A stretch of DNA of 32,000 nucleotides, taken from assembly GCF_000011805.1 (NCBI RefSeq), contig NC_006840.2; one strand, written 5' to 3'. Shown in pieces: positions 1 through 7,514 of the stretch (within the stretch, counting starts at the first letter, position 1; every line of letters begins with the position of its first letter). Under the pieces are notes generated by a model. It was not told the origin of the DNA. It ran no database searches and saw only the letters and a program-made list of their open reading frames with translations. The position numbers were made by a program, and so were the translations under genes. This stretch comes from Aliivibrio fischeri ES114 (lineage in GTDB: Bacteria > Pseudomonadota > Gammaproteobacteria > Enterobacterales > Vibrionaceae).

Positions 1-1
1 T

Positions 2-616
2 AAATCATACTTTGGCCGTGGAGCGAAGCAGTTAAGTTATAACTACAACTACGGACCGTTTTCTGATGCGATGTTTGGTACCGTTCGAACTTTGTTAGAT
101 AACCCTGAAATGGTGGCAGATACGTGGTTAAACCTGTCTTCAGCGGTCTTTTTCTTTGTTTATCCACAACCACCAAAGCCAAGCATGTTGCATGTTATTG
201 ATGGAACATGGCAACCAAACCAAGCAGATTTAAATAATGGCTTAGTTCCTGGGTTTGGTGTAACGACTCAGATCATTAATGGTGGTGTTGAGTGTGGTGG
301 CAGTATTGAAGTAGCACAATCGTTAAATCGTATTAAATATTACAAAGAAATGGCAAATTACCTAGGTGTGCCAATTGAAGATACCGAAATACTTGGTTGT
401 AAAGGCATGAAGCAGTTTGATGCTGCAGGCGCTGGAGCGGTTAATATTTACTGGGAGCAAGATTGGGGATGGTCAAGTGAAACGCCAGATGGTAAAGCTT
501 ACGCATGTCAATTAGTAGGTTATCAAACACCTCATTCGGCATTTAAGTTCCGCGATTATACTAAATGTGTAGAAGCGAACTTCCCGAATATTGAAGTAAT
601 TAATGATGTAGATTAA
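2..616 (+). CDS. Glycoside hydrolase family 19 chitinase, C-terminal part (5' end outside window)
   Basis: The frame is open from position 2. It reads KSYFGRGAKQLSYNYNYGPFS, which matches the GH19 signature (RGPIQLSWNYNYG-like), and continues with GFGVTTQIINGGVECGG, typical of the GH19 C-terminus. A hairpin terminator follows the stop. Confidence 0.85.
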   Translation, partial: KSYFGRGAKQLSYNYNYGPFSDAMFGTVRTLLDNPEMVADTWLNLSSAVFFFVYPQPPKPSMLHVIDGTWQPNQADLNNGLVPGFGVTTQIINGGVECGGSIEVAQSLNRIKYYKEMANYLGVPIEDTEILGCKGMKQFDAAGAGAVNIYWEQDWGWSSETPDGKAYACQLVGYQTPHSAFKFRDYTKCVEANFPNIEVINDVD

Positions 617-633
617 TTAGTTAAATAAAGATA

Positions 634-670
634 AACACCTTCCAGATGATTTTGGAAGGTGTTTTTTATT
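634..670 (+). terminator. Rho-independent terminator after the chitinase gene
   Basis: 11-bp stem aacaccttcca (634-644) / tggaaggtgtt (653-663), 8-nt loop, followed by a T-run. Confidence 0.7.
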
Positions 671-781
671 TTTGCAATATAAATAACCATTTTTATATTG
701 TGGTTATTGAGAGAGTAGTCACTTAAATAAGATGGAGAGTTTGTAATATCGTTGTTTTATCAATCGTTTTGGATTAAAGCA

Positions 782-2011
782 ATGAATGTAGTAGAACGTT
801 TCTTAGGTTACACAAAGATTAATACGACAACAAACCAAGCTAATGGGGCAGCGGGCATTATGCCTTCAAGTGAAGGGCAATATGAATTGGCTTGTTTGGT
901 TAAAAAAGAATTAGAAGCGCTAGGTTGTACAGATATTCTTCTTCGTGATACCGCTATTCTTACGGCAACTCTGCCATCTAATACCGAAAAAAAATTACCA
1001 ACCGTTGCTTTCTTTGGGCACCTTGATACCAGCTCTGAACGTACAGAAGACACCCATGCCGTAGTGGTTCATTATAAAGGTGGCGATATTCCTCTCGCAA
1101 CAGGACCTGTTTTATCTTTAGCTGAATATCCAGAACTAACTAATTATATTGGTCAAGACATCATTGTAAGTGACGGTCAATCATTATTAGGCGCAGATGA
1201 TAAAGCAGCCATTGCCGCTATCTTAAATGCGTTACAGTTTTTTAAAGACAACCCAGATGTTGAACATGGAATGGTTAAGGTTGGTTTTGTTCCTGATGAA
1301 GAACAAGGTCTTTTAGGGGCGAATGCTTTTGATGTTGACGGTTTTGGCGCTGATTTTGCGTACACTTTGGATTGCTGTGGTATTGGTGAGTTTGTATGTG
1401 AAAACTGGAATGCAGGTAATGCGGTTGTTACGTTTACAGGGCAGTCTGCACACCCTATGAACTCTAAAGGTAATTTGATTAACTCTTTGCTACTGGCTAA
1501 TTCATTCATGTCCCGTTTTCCTGAGAAAGAAACTCCTGAGCATACAGAAGGAAGAGAAGGCTATTACTGGATGAAGAAGTTGGCGGGAAATTCTGCCAAA
1601 ACAGTGCTTAATATGGATATCAGAGATTTCACTGAATCAGGATATATGTATCGTAAAGCCTTTATTGCTGAACAAGTTCGAATGTTCAATGAAGAAAACA
1701 ATAACCGTGCAACTCTTGAATTAAGTGATCGTTACAGTAACGTTCATAACTTCTTAAAAGGCTCCATGCTGCCAGTTGATCTTGCAATGGAAGCATATAA
1801 GGAAAATGACATTGAACCTAAAGTTATACCGATGCGCGGCGGCTATGATGGTGCAGTTTTGTCTGAAAAAGGTTTGCCATGCCCTAACATTTTTACCGGC
1901 GCACATAACTTCCACTCTATATTTGAATACCTTCCTGTCCCATCTTTAATTGCTGCAAGTAATGTTGTGAAAACAATCATTATTAACTTAACGAAACATG
2001 AAGAGGTGTAG
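782..2011 (+). CDS. pepT: Peptidase T (tripeptide aminopeptidase, M20B)
   Basis: MNVVERFLGYTKINT... aligns with the E. coli PepT N-terminus (MDKLLERFLNYVSLDT). Metal and catalytic motifs FFGHLDTS, LLGADDKAAIA, FVPDEE and RGGYDGA..LPCPNIFTGAHNFHS are present. I prefer the ATG at 782 over the track's TTG at 752. Confidence 0.85.
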   Translation: MNVVERFLGYTKINTTTNQANGAAGIMPSSEGQYELACLVKKELEALGCTDILLRDTAILTATLPSNTEKKLPTVAFFGHLDTSSERTEDTHAVVVHYKGGDIPLATGPVLSLAEYPELTNYIGQDIIVSDGQSLLGADDKAAIAAILNALQFFKDNPDVEHGMVKVGFVPDEEQGLLGANAFDVDGFGADFAYTLDCCGIGEFVCENWNAGNAVVTFTGQSAHPMNSKGNLINSLLLANSFMSRFPEKETPEHTEGREGYYWMKKLAGNSAKTVLNMDIRDFTESGYMYRKAFIAEQVRMFNEENNNRATLELSDRYSNVHNFLKGSMLPVDLAMEAYKENDIEPKVIPMRGGYDGAVLSEKGLPCPNIFTGAHNFHSIFEYLPVPSLIAASNVVKTIIINLTKHEEV

Positions 2012-2013
2012 TC

Positions 2014-3381
2014 ATGGCTTCGTTATTACTTGTTCTTATCGTTGTTGTTATTGCGGCAAGGATGATTTTAAAGGGGTATAAAGCTGAACCTACTTTATTA
2101 ATGTCAGGGACGATATTGATTTTCGCAACTGGACTTTTTGGCTGGGGCCCAATGTTGCCAGCTTCGGTTACATCGACTAATTTTTCAGGATTTGAGCCCT
2201 TTAAATACATACAATTTTTAATGGGGTATCGAGCGGGAGCGCTGGGGTTAATGATTATGGCTTTGGTCGGTTTTGCTGATTATATGAGTCATATTGGAGC
2301 TAACGATGTTGTCGTTCGTTTAGCCACTAAGCCACTAAGTCGTATTCAAAATAAAAACATTATGTTGTTCTTTGCTTACTGTATGGCAAGTATCTTACAA
2401 CTGGCAATTCCTTCAGCTACCGGTCTTGGCGTGTTATTGATGGGAACACTTTATCCTGTGATGTTGGGATTGGGTATTTCTCGTGGTAGCGCCGCGGCGG
2501 TTATTGCTAGTTCATTAGCGGTAAGTTTTACGCCAACAGGGGTGGATGCAATACGTGCAAGTGAAGCTTTAGGTATGGACTTGATGAGTTATGTTTCTCA
2601 TTATCAAGCTCCAACATCGGTAGCAACTATGGTGGTTATCGGTATTATGCATGTTATTTGGCAGACACAGGTTGATAAAAAGCATCCTGAACAATTCGAA
2701 CAAGCATCAATTGAACAGACACAAAAAGAGGAAGTGTTAGCACCTAGTTATTATGTCATTTTACCTTTGCTTCCTATTATTATGGCTGTTGTGTTTTCTA
2801 AACTCGTCATTTCAACGATCAATATGGATGTGACGACGATTGTATTTGTTTCAATGTTTGTTGCTATGTTGTGTGAATGCATAACGAAAAGAAGTTTAAA
2901 AACGGTTTTTGATGGTTTCAATGTGTTCTCAAAAGGAATGGGGAGTGCATTTAGCAGTGTGGTTGTATTATTAGTTGCTGCTGGTGTTTTTGCTTATGGA
3001 ATTCAAGCGACAGGAGCGATTACCAACCTAATCATGATGGCTAAATCAGTGGGCTTACCAAGTGTAGCGATGACATTTGTTTTTGCTGTTGTGACGTTAA
3101 TGGCTGCGGTGATTATGGGGTCGGGGAATGCGCCATTCTTGGCGTTTGTTGAATTAATTCCTACTATAGCTTCCAGTATGGGAGCCAACGCAGCGGCAAT
3201 GCTAATGCCAATGCAACAAGCCTCAGCAATAGGTCGAGCAATGTCTCCTGTTTCTGCTGTTGTTATTGCTTCAGCAACGGGTGCCAAGTTAAGTCCATTT
3301 GAAGTTGCAAAGCGAACATCTGTTCCAGTCTTAGTAGGCTTTGTGTTTCATTTTGTTATTGTTTACGCTTTTTATAGCTAA
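2014..3381 (+). CDS. DcuC-family (C4-dicarboxylate anaerobic carrier family) membrane transporter; substrate uncertain
   Basis: Polytopic membrane protein with blocks matching E. coli DcuC as I recall it: ARMILKGYKA, FADYMSHIGANDVVV, SATGLGVLLMGTLYPVM, GSGNAPFLAFVE, SPFEVAKRTSVPVLVG. The start lies 2 nt after the pepT stop, with GAAGAGG inside the pepT 3' end. Confidence 0.8.
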   Translation: MASLLLVLIVVVIAARMILKGYKAEPTLLMSGTILIFATGLFGWGPMLPASVTSTNFSGFEPFKYIQFLMGYRAGALGLMIMALVGFADYMSHIGANDVVVRLATKPLSRIQNKNIMLFFAYCMASILQLAIPSATGLGVLLMGTLYPVMLGLGISRGSAAAVIASSLAVSFTPTGVDAIRASEALGMDLMSYVSHYQAPTSVATMVVIGIMHVIWQTQVDKKHPEQFEQASIEQTQKEEVLAPSYYVILPLLPIIMAVVFSKLVISTINMDVTTIVFVSMFVAMLCECITKRSLKTVFDGFNVFSKGMGSAFSSVVVLLVAAGVFAYGIQATGAITNLIMMAKSVGLPSVAMTFVFAVVTLMAAVIMGSGNAPFLAFVELIPTIASSMGANAAAMLMPMQQASAIGRAMSPVSAVVIASATGAKLSPFEVAKRTSVPVLVGFVFHFVIVYAFYS

Positions 3382-3410
3382 ATAGTTAATCAAATAAATA
3401 CTATCATAAT

Positions 3411-3460
3411 AAAAAGCCACACTACCTAAAATTCCCAAAATAGGTATGTGTGGCTTTATT
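3411..3460. terminator. Bidirectional hairpin between the convergent DcuC-like and purA-like genes
   Basis: gccacactaccta ... taggtatgtgtggc stem (one bulge), with an A-run on the left and tttatt on the right. Confidence 0.55.
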
Positions 3461-3471
3461 AGTTTATTAGA

Positions 3472-4728
3472 TTAACGGATGATCATTTGCTCACGCTCAG
3501 GACCAACAGATACCATGCTTACTGGTACTCCCATTAACTCTTCAATACGTAATACATAAGCTTGAGCCGCTTTTGGTAGGCTTTCAAAAGTACGACAACC
3601 TGTAATATCTTCTTCCCATGCTTCCATTTTTTCGTACACAGGACTTAATGCTGATGTTTGAGGCCAAATAGGGTTCTCTGTGTGCTCACCAGCATAAGAA
3701 GTACAGATTCTAAGATCTGCCATACCACTTAAACAGTCGATTTTTGTTAATGCGATTTCCGTTGCTGCTTGCAGTTCAACACCGTTGCGTGTTGCTACGG
3801 CATCAAAGTAACCCATGTCACGTGGACGACCTGTTACTGCACCATACTCGTTAGCTGCTTCACGGAAGTTATCTTGCTCTTCCATTGCAGTAACTAATGT
3901 ACCTGTACCAACCGAAGAACTGAATGATTTCGCCACAGCAATAACACGCTCAGGACGTAACGCAGGTAAGCCACTGCCGATACCAGCATAAGCCGCTGTA
4001 ACATTGGAAGACGTAGTCCATGGGTATTCACCGTAAACTAAATCACGGCCTGCACCTAGTTGTGCTTCAAACAATAAGTTTGCGTCGTTTTTCTGCATTA
4101 CTTTTAGTGGTTCAGTAACATTACAAATAAATTCACGCCAAGGAGCAGTTACTTCTAATAGCCATTCTGTCATTTCTTCAGCGGTTTGGCTGAAGTCACA
4201 AGTAGGATAAAGCGCTTTCAGTTGTGGCATTTTCCAATCAAGCATGAATTTAATACGCTCAAGAAGTACATCAGGTTGTTTTAGCCAACCAACAAGAATG
4301 CCTTTTTTCATAACACGGTCGCCGTATGCAGGAGCAATACCTTGACGAGTAGAACCGTAAGCACCATCACCTAAACGTAATTCCTCCAATGTATCTTCAA
4401 GTGCATGGATTGGAAGACAAAGTGTTGCACGATCAGAAATGTGCATTTTAACTTCGATGCCTGCGGCTTTTACTTCAGCAATTTCTTCACTTAATGCAGC
4501 AGGGCTAATAACCATGCCAGGGCCAAGAACCGCTGTACAGTTTGGGTTAAAAATACCGCTTGGAAGTTGGTGAAGCTTAAAGGTACCAAAGTCATTTACA
4601 ACAGTATGACCGGCGTTATTACCACCTTGAAAACGAATACTTGCAGCCGCTTCAGCAGCAAGAAAATCAACGATGCGACCTTTACCTTCATCGCCCCAAT
4701 TAGCACCAACAACAACAATAGACGGCAT
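3472..4728 (-). CDS. purA: Adenylosuccinate synthetase paralog (divergent PurA)
   Basis: All PurA motifs are present but variant: GANWGDEGKGR (P-loop), GGNNAGHTV, STRQGIAPAYGDR, GAVTGRPRDMGYFD, TKIDCL, SVGPEREQMI. AAGGAG lies 8 nt upstream of the ATG. Confidence 0.85.
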   Translation of the reverse strand: MPSIVVVGANWGDEGKGRIVDFLAAEAAASIRFQGGNNAGHTVVNDFGTFKLHQLPSGIFNPNCTAVLGPGMVISPAALSEEIAEVKAAGIEVKMHISDRATLCLPIHALEDTLEELRLGDGAYGSTRQGIAPAYGDRVMKKGILVGWLKQPDVLLERIKFMLDWKMPQLKALYPTCDFSQTAEEMTEWLLEVTAPWREFICNVTEPLKVMQKNDANLLFEAQLGAGRDLVYGEYPWTTSSNVTAAYAGIGSGLPALRPERVIAVAKSFSSSVGTGTLVTAMEEQDNFREAANEYGAVTGRPRDMGYFDAVATRNGVELQAATEIALTKIDCLSGMADLRICTSYAGEHTENPIWPQTSALSPVYEKMEAWEEDITGCRTFESLPKAAQAYVLRIEELMGVPVSMVSVGPEREQMIIR

Positions 4729-4857
4729 AACACAAACTCCTTAATGATTAAGACACTATCCTAATATCAGATTTGCAATATGAGAAATTAATTATAATTA
4801 TCGACTTGATAAGAAATCCATATATCATATTGAGTGAAATATATTCAAAAAGAGAGT

Positions 4858-5754
4858 ATGAGCATGTTAGATCTTCACTGGCTGAAAACCTTCGTGACAT
4901 TGGCAGAGTTAAAGCATTTTGGTAAAACAGCAGCAGCATTACATATGACACAGCCCAATGTTAGTTTGCATATCAAACAGTTAGAAGCTGCAACCCGCGT
5001 GAAATTGATAGAGAGAAATCCTTTTCATTTAACGGAAGCGGGCAATCGCTTATTAATGACGAGCCAAAATACGTTAATGGAGTTGCAAGTATGCCAAGCG
5101 GATTTGAATGCGATTAATGATTTGAGTCGAGGAACGTTAACCATTGCAGCAAGCGATATTATCTCGCGTTTATTATTGATAGGGCCATTTCAATTATTTA
5201 AGCAAGAATTTCCAGGAATTGATTTCTCATTGCTTAATACCACCTCTTCACAGGCATCTGAGTTAGTAAAAAGTGCAGAGGCTGATTTGGGCTTTGTTAT
5301 TGCCCAGAAAGAGAGCCAACCTCTGCATTTTACCGAATTGCAGCAAATAAAATGGTGTGCATTAGGTAATCACCTTGAAGAGTGGCAACAAGCGTATTTG
5401 GATCCTACAATTGTTGTGGATGAAGAACCAACTTTGATTTTGTTAGGGCATGATACTAGAACAAGAGACTTGTTAGACTTGGCGTTACCTTCATTGAAAT
5501 TACCCAAATATCGAATCATGGAAGTGGGTAGTGTCGATGCCCAAATAGATTGGGCTGAAGCTGGGTTTGGGGTAGCGATTGTGCCTGAGTTTTCTATTCA
5601 TCCAAAGAGAGATCTTAAAACAAAAGTAACGCCATTACCTGAATTCCCGACAACAAGTTTAGGCTATATAGTTCGTCAAAATCAGATTTTATCTAAGGCA
5701 ATTAAACAATTATTAAAGTGGGTGGATGACGAGATTATTCGCTCTCAAAAGTAG
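4858..5754 (+). CDS. LysR-family transcriptional regulator
   Basis: N-terminal wHTH reads LHWLKTFVTLAELKHFGKTAAALHMTQPNVSLHIKQLE, followed by a LysR substrate-binding region. It is divergent from the purA paralog. The start could be ATG 4858 or 4864; the track's GTG at 4834 is less likely. Confidence 0.85.
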   Translation: MSMLDLHWLKTFVTLAELKHFGKTAAALHMTQPNVSLHIKQLEAATRVKLIERNPFHLTEAGNRLLMTSQNTLMELQVCQADLNAINDLSRGTLTIAASDIISRLLLIGPFQLFKQEFPGIDFSLLNTTSSQASELVKSAEADLGFVIAQKESQPLHFTELQQIKWCALGNHLEEWQQAYLDPTIVVDEEPTLILLGHDTRTRDLLDLALPSLKLPKYRIMEVGSVDAQIDWAEAGFGVAIVPEFSIHPKRDLKTKVTPLPEFPTTSLGYIVRQNQILSKAIKQLLKWVDDEIIRSQK

Positions 5755-5875
5755 ACATTATTTATCGTTTTACATTGAATTTAAACTGTCTGGTTTGTCA
5801 GAAATGGTGTGGCATTTATGATACTGATTATCATTTTAAAGACAGTTATGCTCTAAAAAAGGCTGCGAAAGAACG

Positions 5876-5960
5876 TTGACAATGCTCATTAAAGGGTCTA
5901 GAAATGTAACTAAATATTAATGAGTAACTAATTGACAGTATTGTAAATTGCTCATTAATT
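5876..5960 (+). promoter_or_regulatory. Candidate promoter/operator region upstream of the glutamate decarboxylase gene
   Basis: Two perfect TTGACA hexamers (5876-5881, 5932-5937). Each is followed by the motif TGCTCATTAA (5883-5892, 5949-5958), with one inverted copy TTAATGAG (5917-5924) between them. A possible -10 TAGAAA lies 17 nt after the first hexamer. Confidence 0.3.
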
Positions 5961-6029
5961 AAGGCCGAATTTAGTTAATTCGACAGTTTGTATTCTTATT
6001 GTATGTTCAATTCAATGGAGCTAAAACGT

Positions 6030-7424
6030 ATGCCTCTTCATTCCAAAAACGCAGTCAGAGATGATCTTCTTGATGATATTTATTCATCAGCTGACCTTTC
6101 GTTATCCATGCCAAAATATAAAATGCCTGAACAAGAACATGACCCACGTCATGCCTACCAAGTCATTCATGATGAGCTCATGATGGATGGTAATTCTCGA
6201 CAGAACTTAGCAACGTTTTGCCAAACTTGGGTTGAAGATGAAGTCCATAAATTAATGGATGAATGTATCGATAAAAATATGATCGATAAAGATGAATACC
6301 CTCAAACTGCTGAATTAGAATCTCGCTGTGTGCATATGCTAGCGGATTTATGGAACTCTCCTGACGCAGAAAACACACTAGGTTGTTCCACTACAGGTTC
6401 AAGTGAAGCCGCTATGCTAGGTGGTATGGCATTAAAATGGGCTTGGCGAGAAAAAATGAAAAAACTTGGCAAACCAACAGATAAGCCAAATATGATCTGT
6501 GGTCCCGTTCAAGTATGTTGGCATAAATTTGCACGTTATTGGGATATTGAATTACGTGAGATCCCAATGGAAGGCGATCGCTTGATCATGACGCCTGAAG
6601 AAGTGATTAAACGTTGTGATGAAAATACCATTGGTGTTGTTCCAACACTGGGGGTGACTTTTACTTGTCAATATGAGCCTGTGAAAGCGGTACATGAAGC
6701 GCTAGATAAGTTACAAGAAGAGACGGGTTTAGATATTCCAATGCACATTGATGCGGCGAGTGGTGGTTTCTTAGCTCCGTTCTGTGATCCTGATTTAGAG
6801 TGGGACTTCCGTCTTCCTCGAGTTAAATCGATTAATGCATCAGGTCATAAATTTGGCCTAAGCCCACTAGGTGTGGGTTGGGTAATTTGGCGTGACGCAT
6901 CAGCCTTGCATGAAGATTTGATTTTTAATGTGAACTATTTAGGTGGCAATATGCCGACCTTTGCATTGAACTTCTCTCGCCCAGGTGGCCAAATTGTAGC
7001 GCAATACTACAATTTCCTACGTTTAGGAAAAGAAGGGTATCGTAAGATCCACCAAGCGTGTTATGACACTGCTGTTTATTTATCATCTGAAATTGAAAAA
7101 CTGGGTATGTTTGAAATTATCTATGATGGTAAAGGTGGTATTCCAGCAATGAGTTGGTCATTGAAGGAAGGAGTTGATCCTGGTTTTAATTTGTTTGACC
7201 TATCGGATCGAATTCGTTCTCGTGGTTGGCAAATTGCGGCTTATGCAATGCCACCAAAACGTGAAGATTTAGTCATCATGCGTATTTTAGTACGTCATGG
7301 ATTCAGTCGAGATCAAGCGGATTTATTGGTTGCGGACTTAAAACATTGCGTTGAGTTTTTTGCTAAGCATCCTATTTCCCATGGTAGTGATGAGTTGGAA
7401 TCATCAGGATTTAACCACGGCTAA
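6030..7424 (+). CDS. gadB: Glutamate decarboxylase (PLP-dependent, GadA/GadB type)
   Basis: Near-collinear with E. coli GadB as I recall it: [90 protein letters not shown] (PLP lysine), [21 protein letters not shown] chose the ATG at 6030 because GGAG lies 9 nt upstream. Confidence 0.92.
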   Translation: MPLHSKNAVRDDLLDDIYSSADLSLSMPKYKMPEQEHDPRHAYQVIHDELMMDGNSRQNLATFCQTWVEDEVHKLMDECIDKNMIDKDEYPQTAELESRCVHMLADLWNSPDAENTLGCSTTGSSEAAMLGGMALKWAWREKMKKLGKPTDKPNMICGPVQVCWHKFARYWDIELREIPMEGDRLIMTPEEVIKRCDENTIGVVPTLGVTFTCQYEPVKAVHEALDKLQEETGLDIPMHIDAASGGFLAPFCDPDLEWDFRLPRVKSINASGHKFGLSPLGVGWVIWRDASALHEDLIFNVNYLGGNMPTFALNFSRPGGQIVAQYYNFLRLGKEGYRKIHQACYDTAVYLSSEIEKLGMFEIIYDGKGGIPAMSWSLKEGVDPGFNLFDLSDRIRSRGWQIAAYAMPPKREDLVIMRILVRHGFSRDQADLLVADLKHCVEFFAKHPISHGSDELESSGFNHG

Positions 7425-7458
7425 TCCCTTTCGTCGTGATATAGACATTTTGCTTTTT

Positions 7459-7486
7459 AGATCCTCTATTGTTCTGTAGAGGATCT
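7459..7486 (+). terminator. Intercistronic hairpin (possible partial terminator or mRNA stabiliser) between gadB and the transporter gene
   Basis: Perfect 10-bp stem agatcctcta / tagaggatct with an 8-nt loop. It is followed by cttcttcc, which is only a weak T-tract. Confidence 0.35.
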
Positions 7487-7514
7487 CTTCTTCCTAAAAA
7501 TATAGGAAATAATT

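Noticed and set aside
617-781. Possible FNR box in front of pepT (TTGTTTTATCAA near 752-763).
   Set aside because: The spacing is wrong: TTG-N6-CAA rather than TTGAT-N4-ATCAA. It also overlaps the doubtful TTG start.
808-1509. Antisense ORFs (808-1053 and 1177-1509, minus strand) inside pepT. Similar shadow ORFs lie inside other genes: 1983-2210, 3003-3287, 6178-6378, 8903-9127, 13736-13948, 15544-15726, 16295-16498, 18366-18563, 19753-20028, 25712-25933, 27355-27624, 28640-28894, 29084-29455 and 30876-31148.
   Set aside because: Each lies entirely within a well-supported gene on the opposite strand. None has a recognisable motif or RBS. Their biased, repetitive composition is typical of frame shadows.
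3472-4728. Considered whether the PurA paralog could be a PurZ-type enzyme (2-aminoadenine 'Z-genome' pathway).
   Set aside because: No phage genes or the accompanying Z-pathway genes (dATPase, MazZ-like, DpoZ-type polymerase) are nearby. The protein is full-length and bacterial PurA-like (418 aa with the normal motif order), not the shorter archaeal-like PurZ type. Only a phylogeny could settle it formally.
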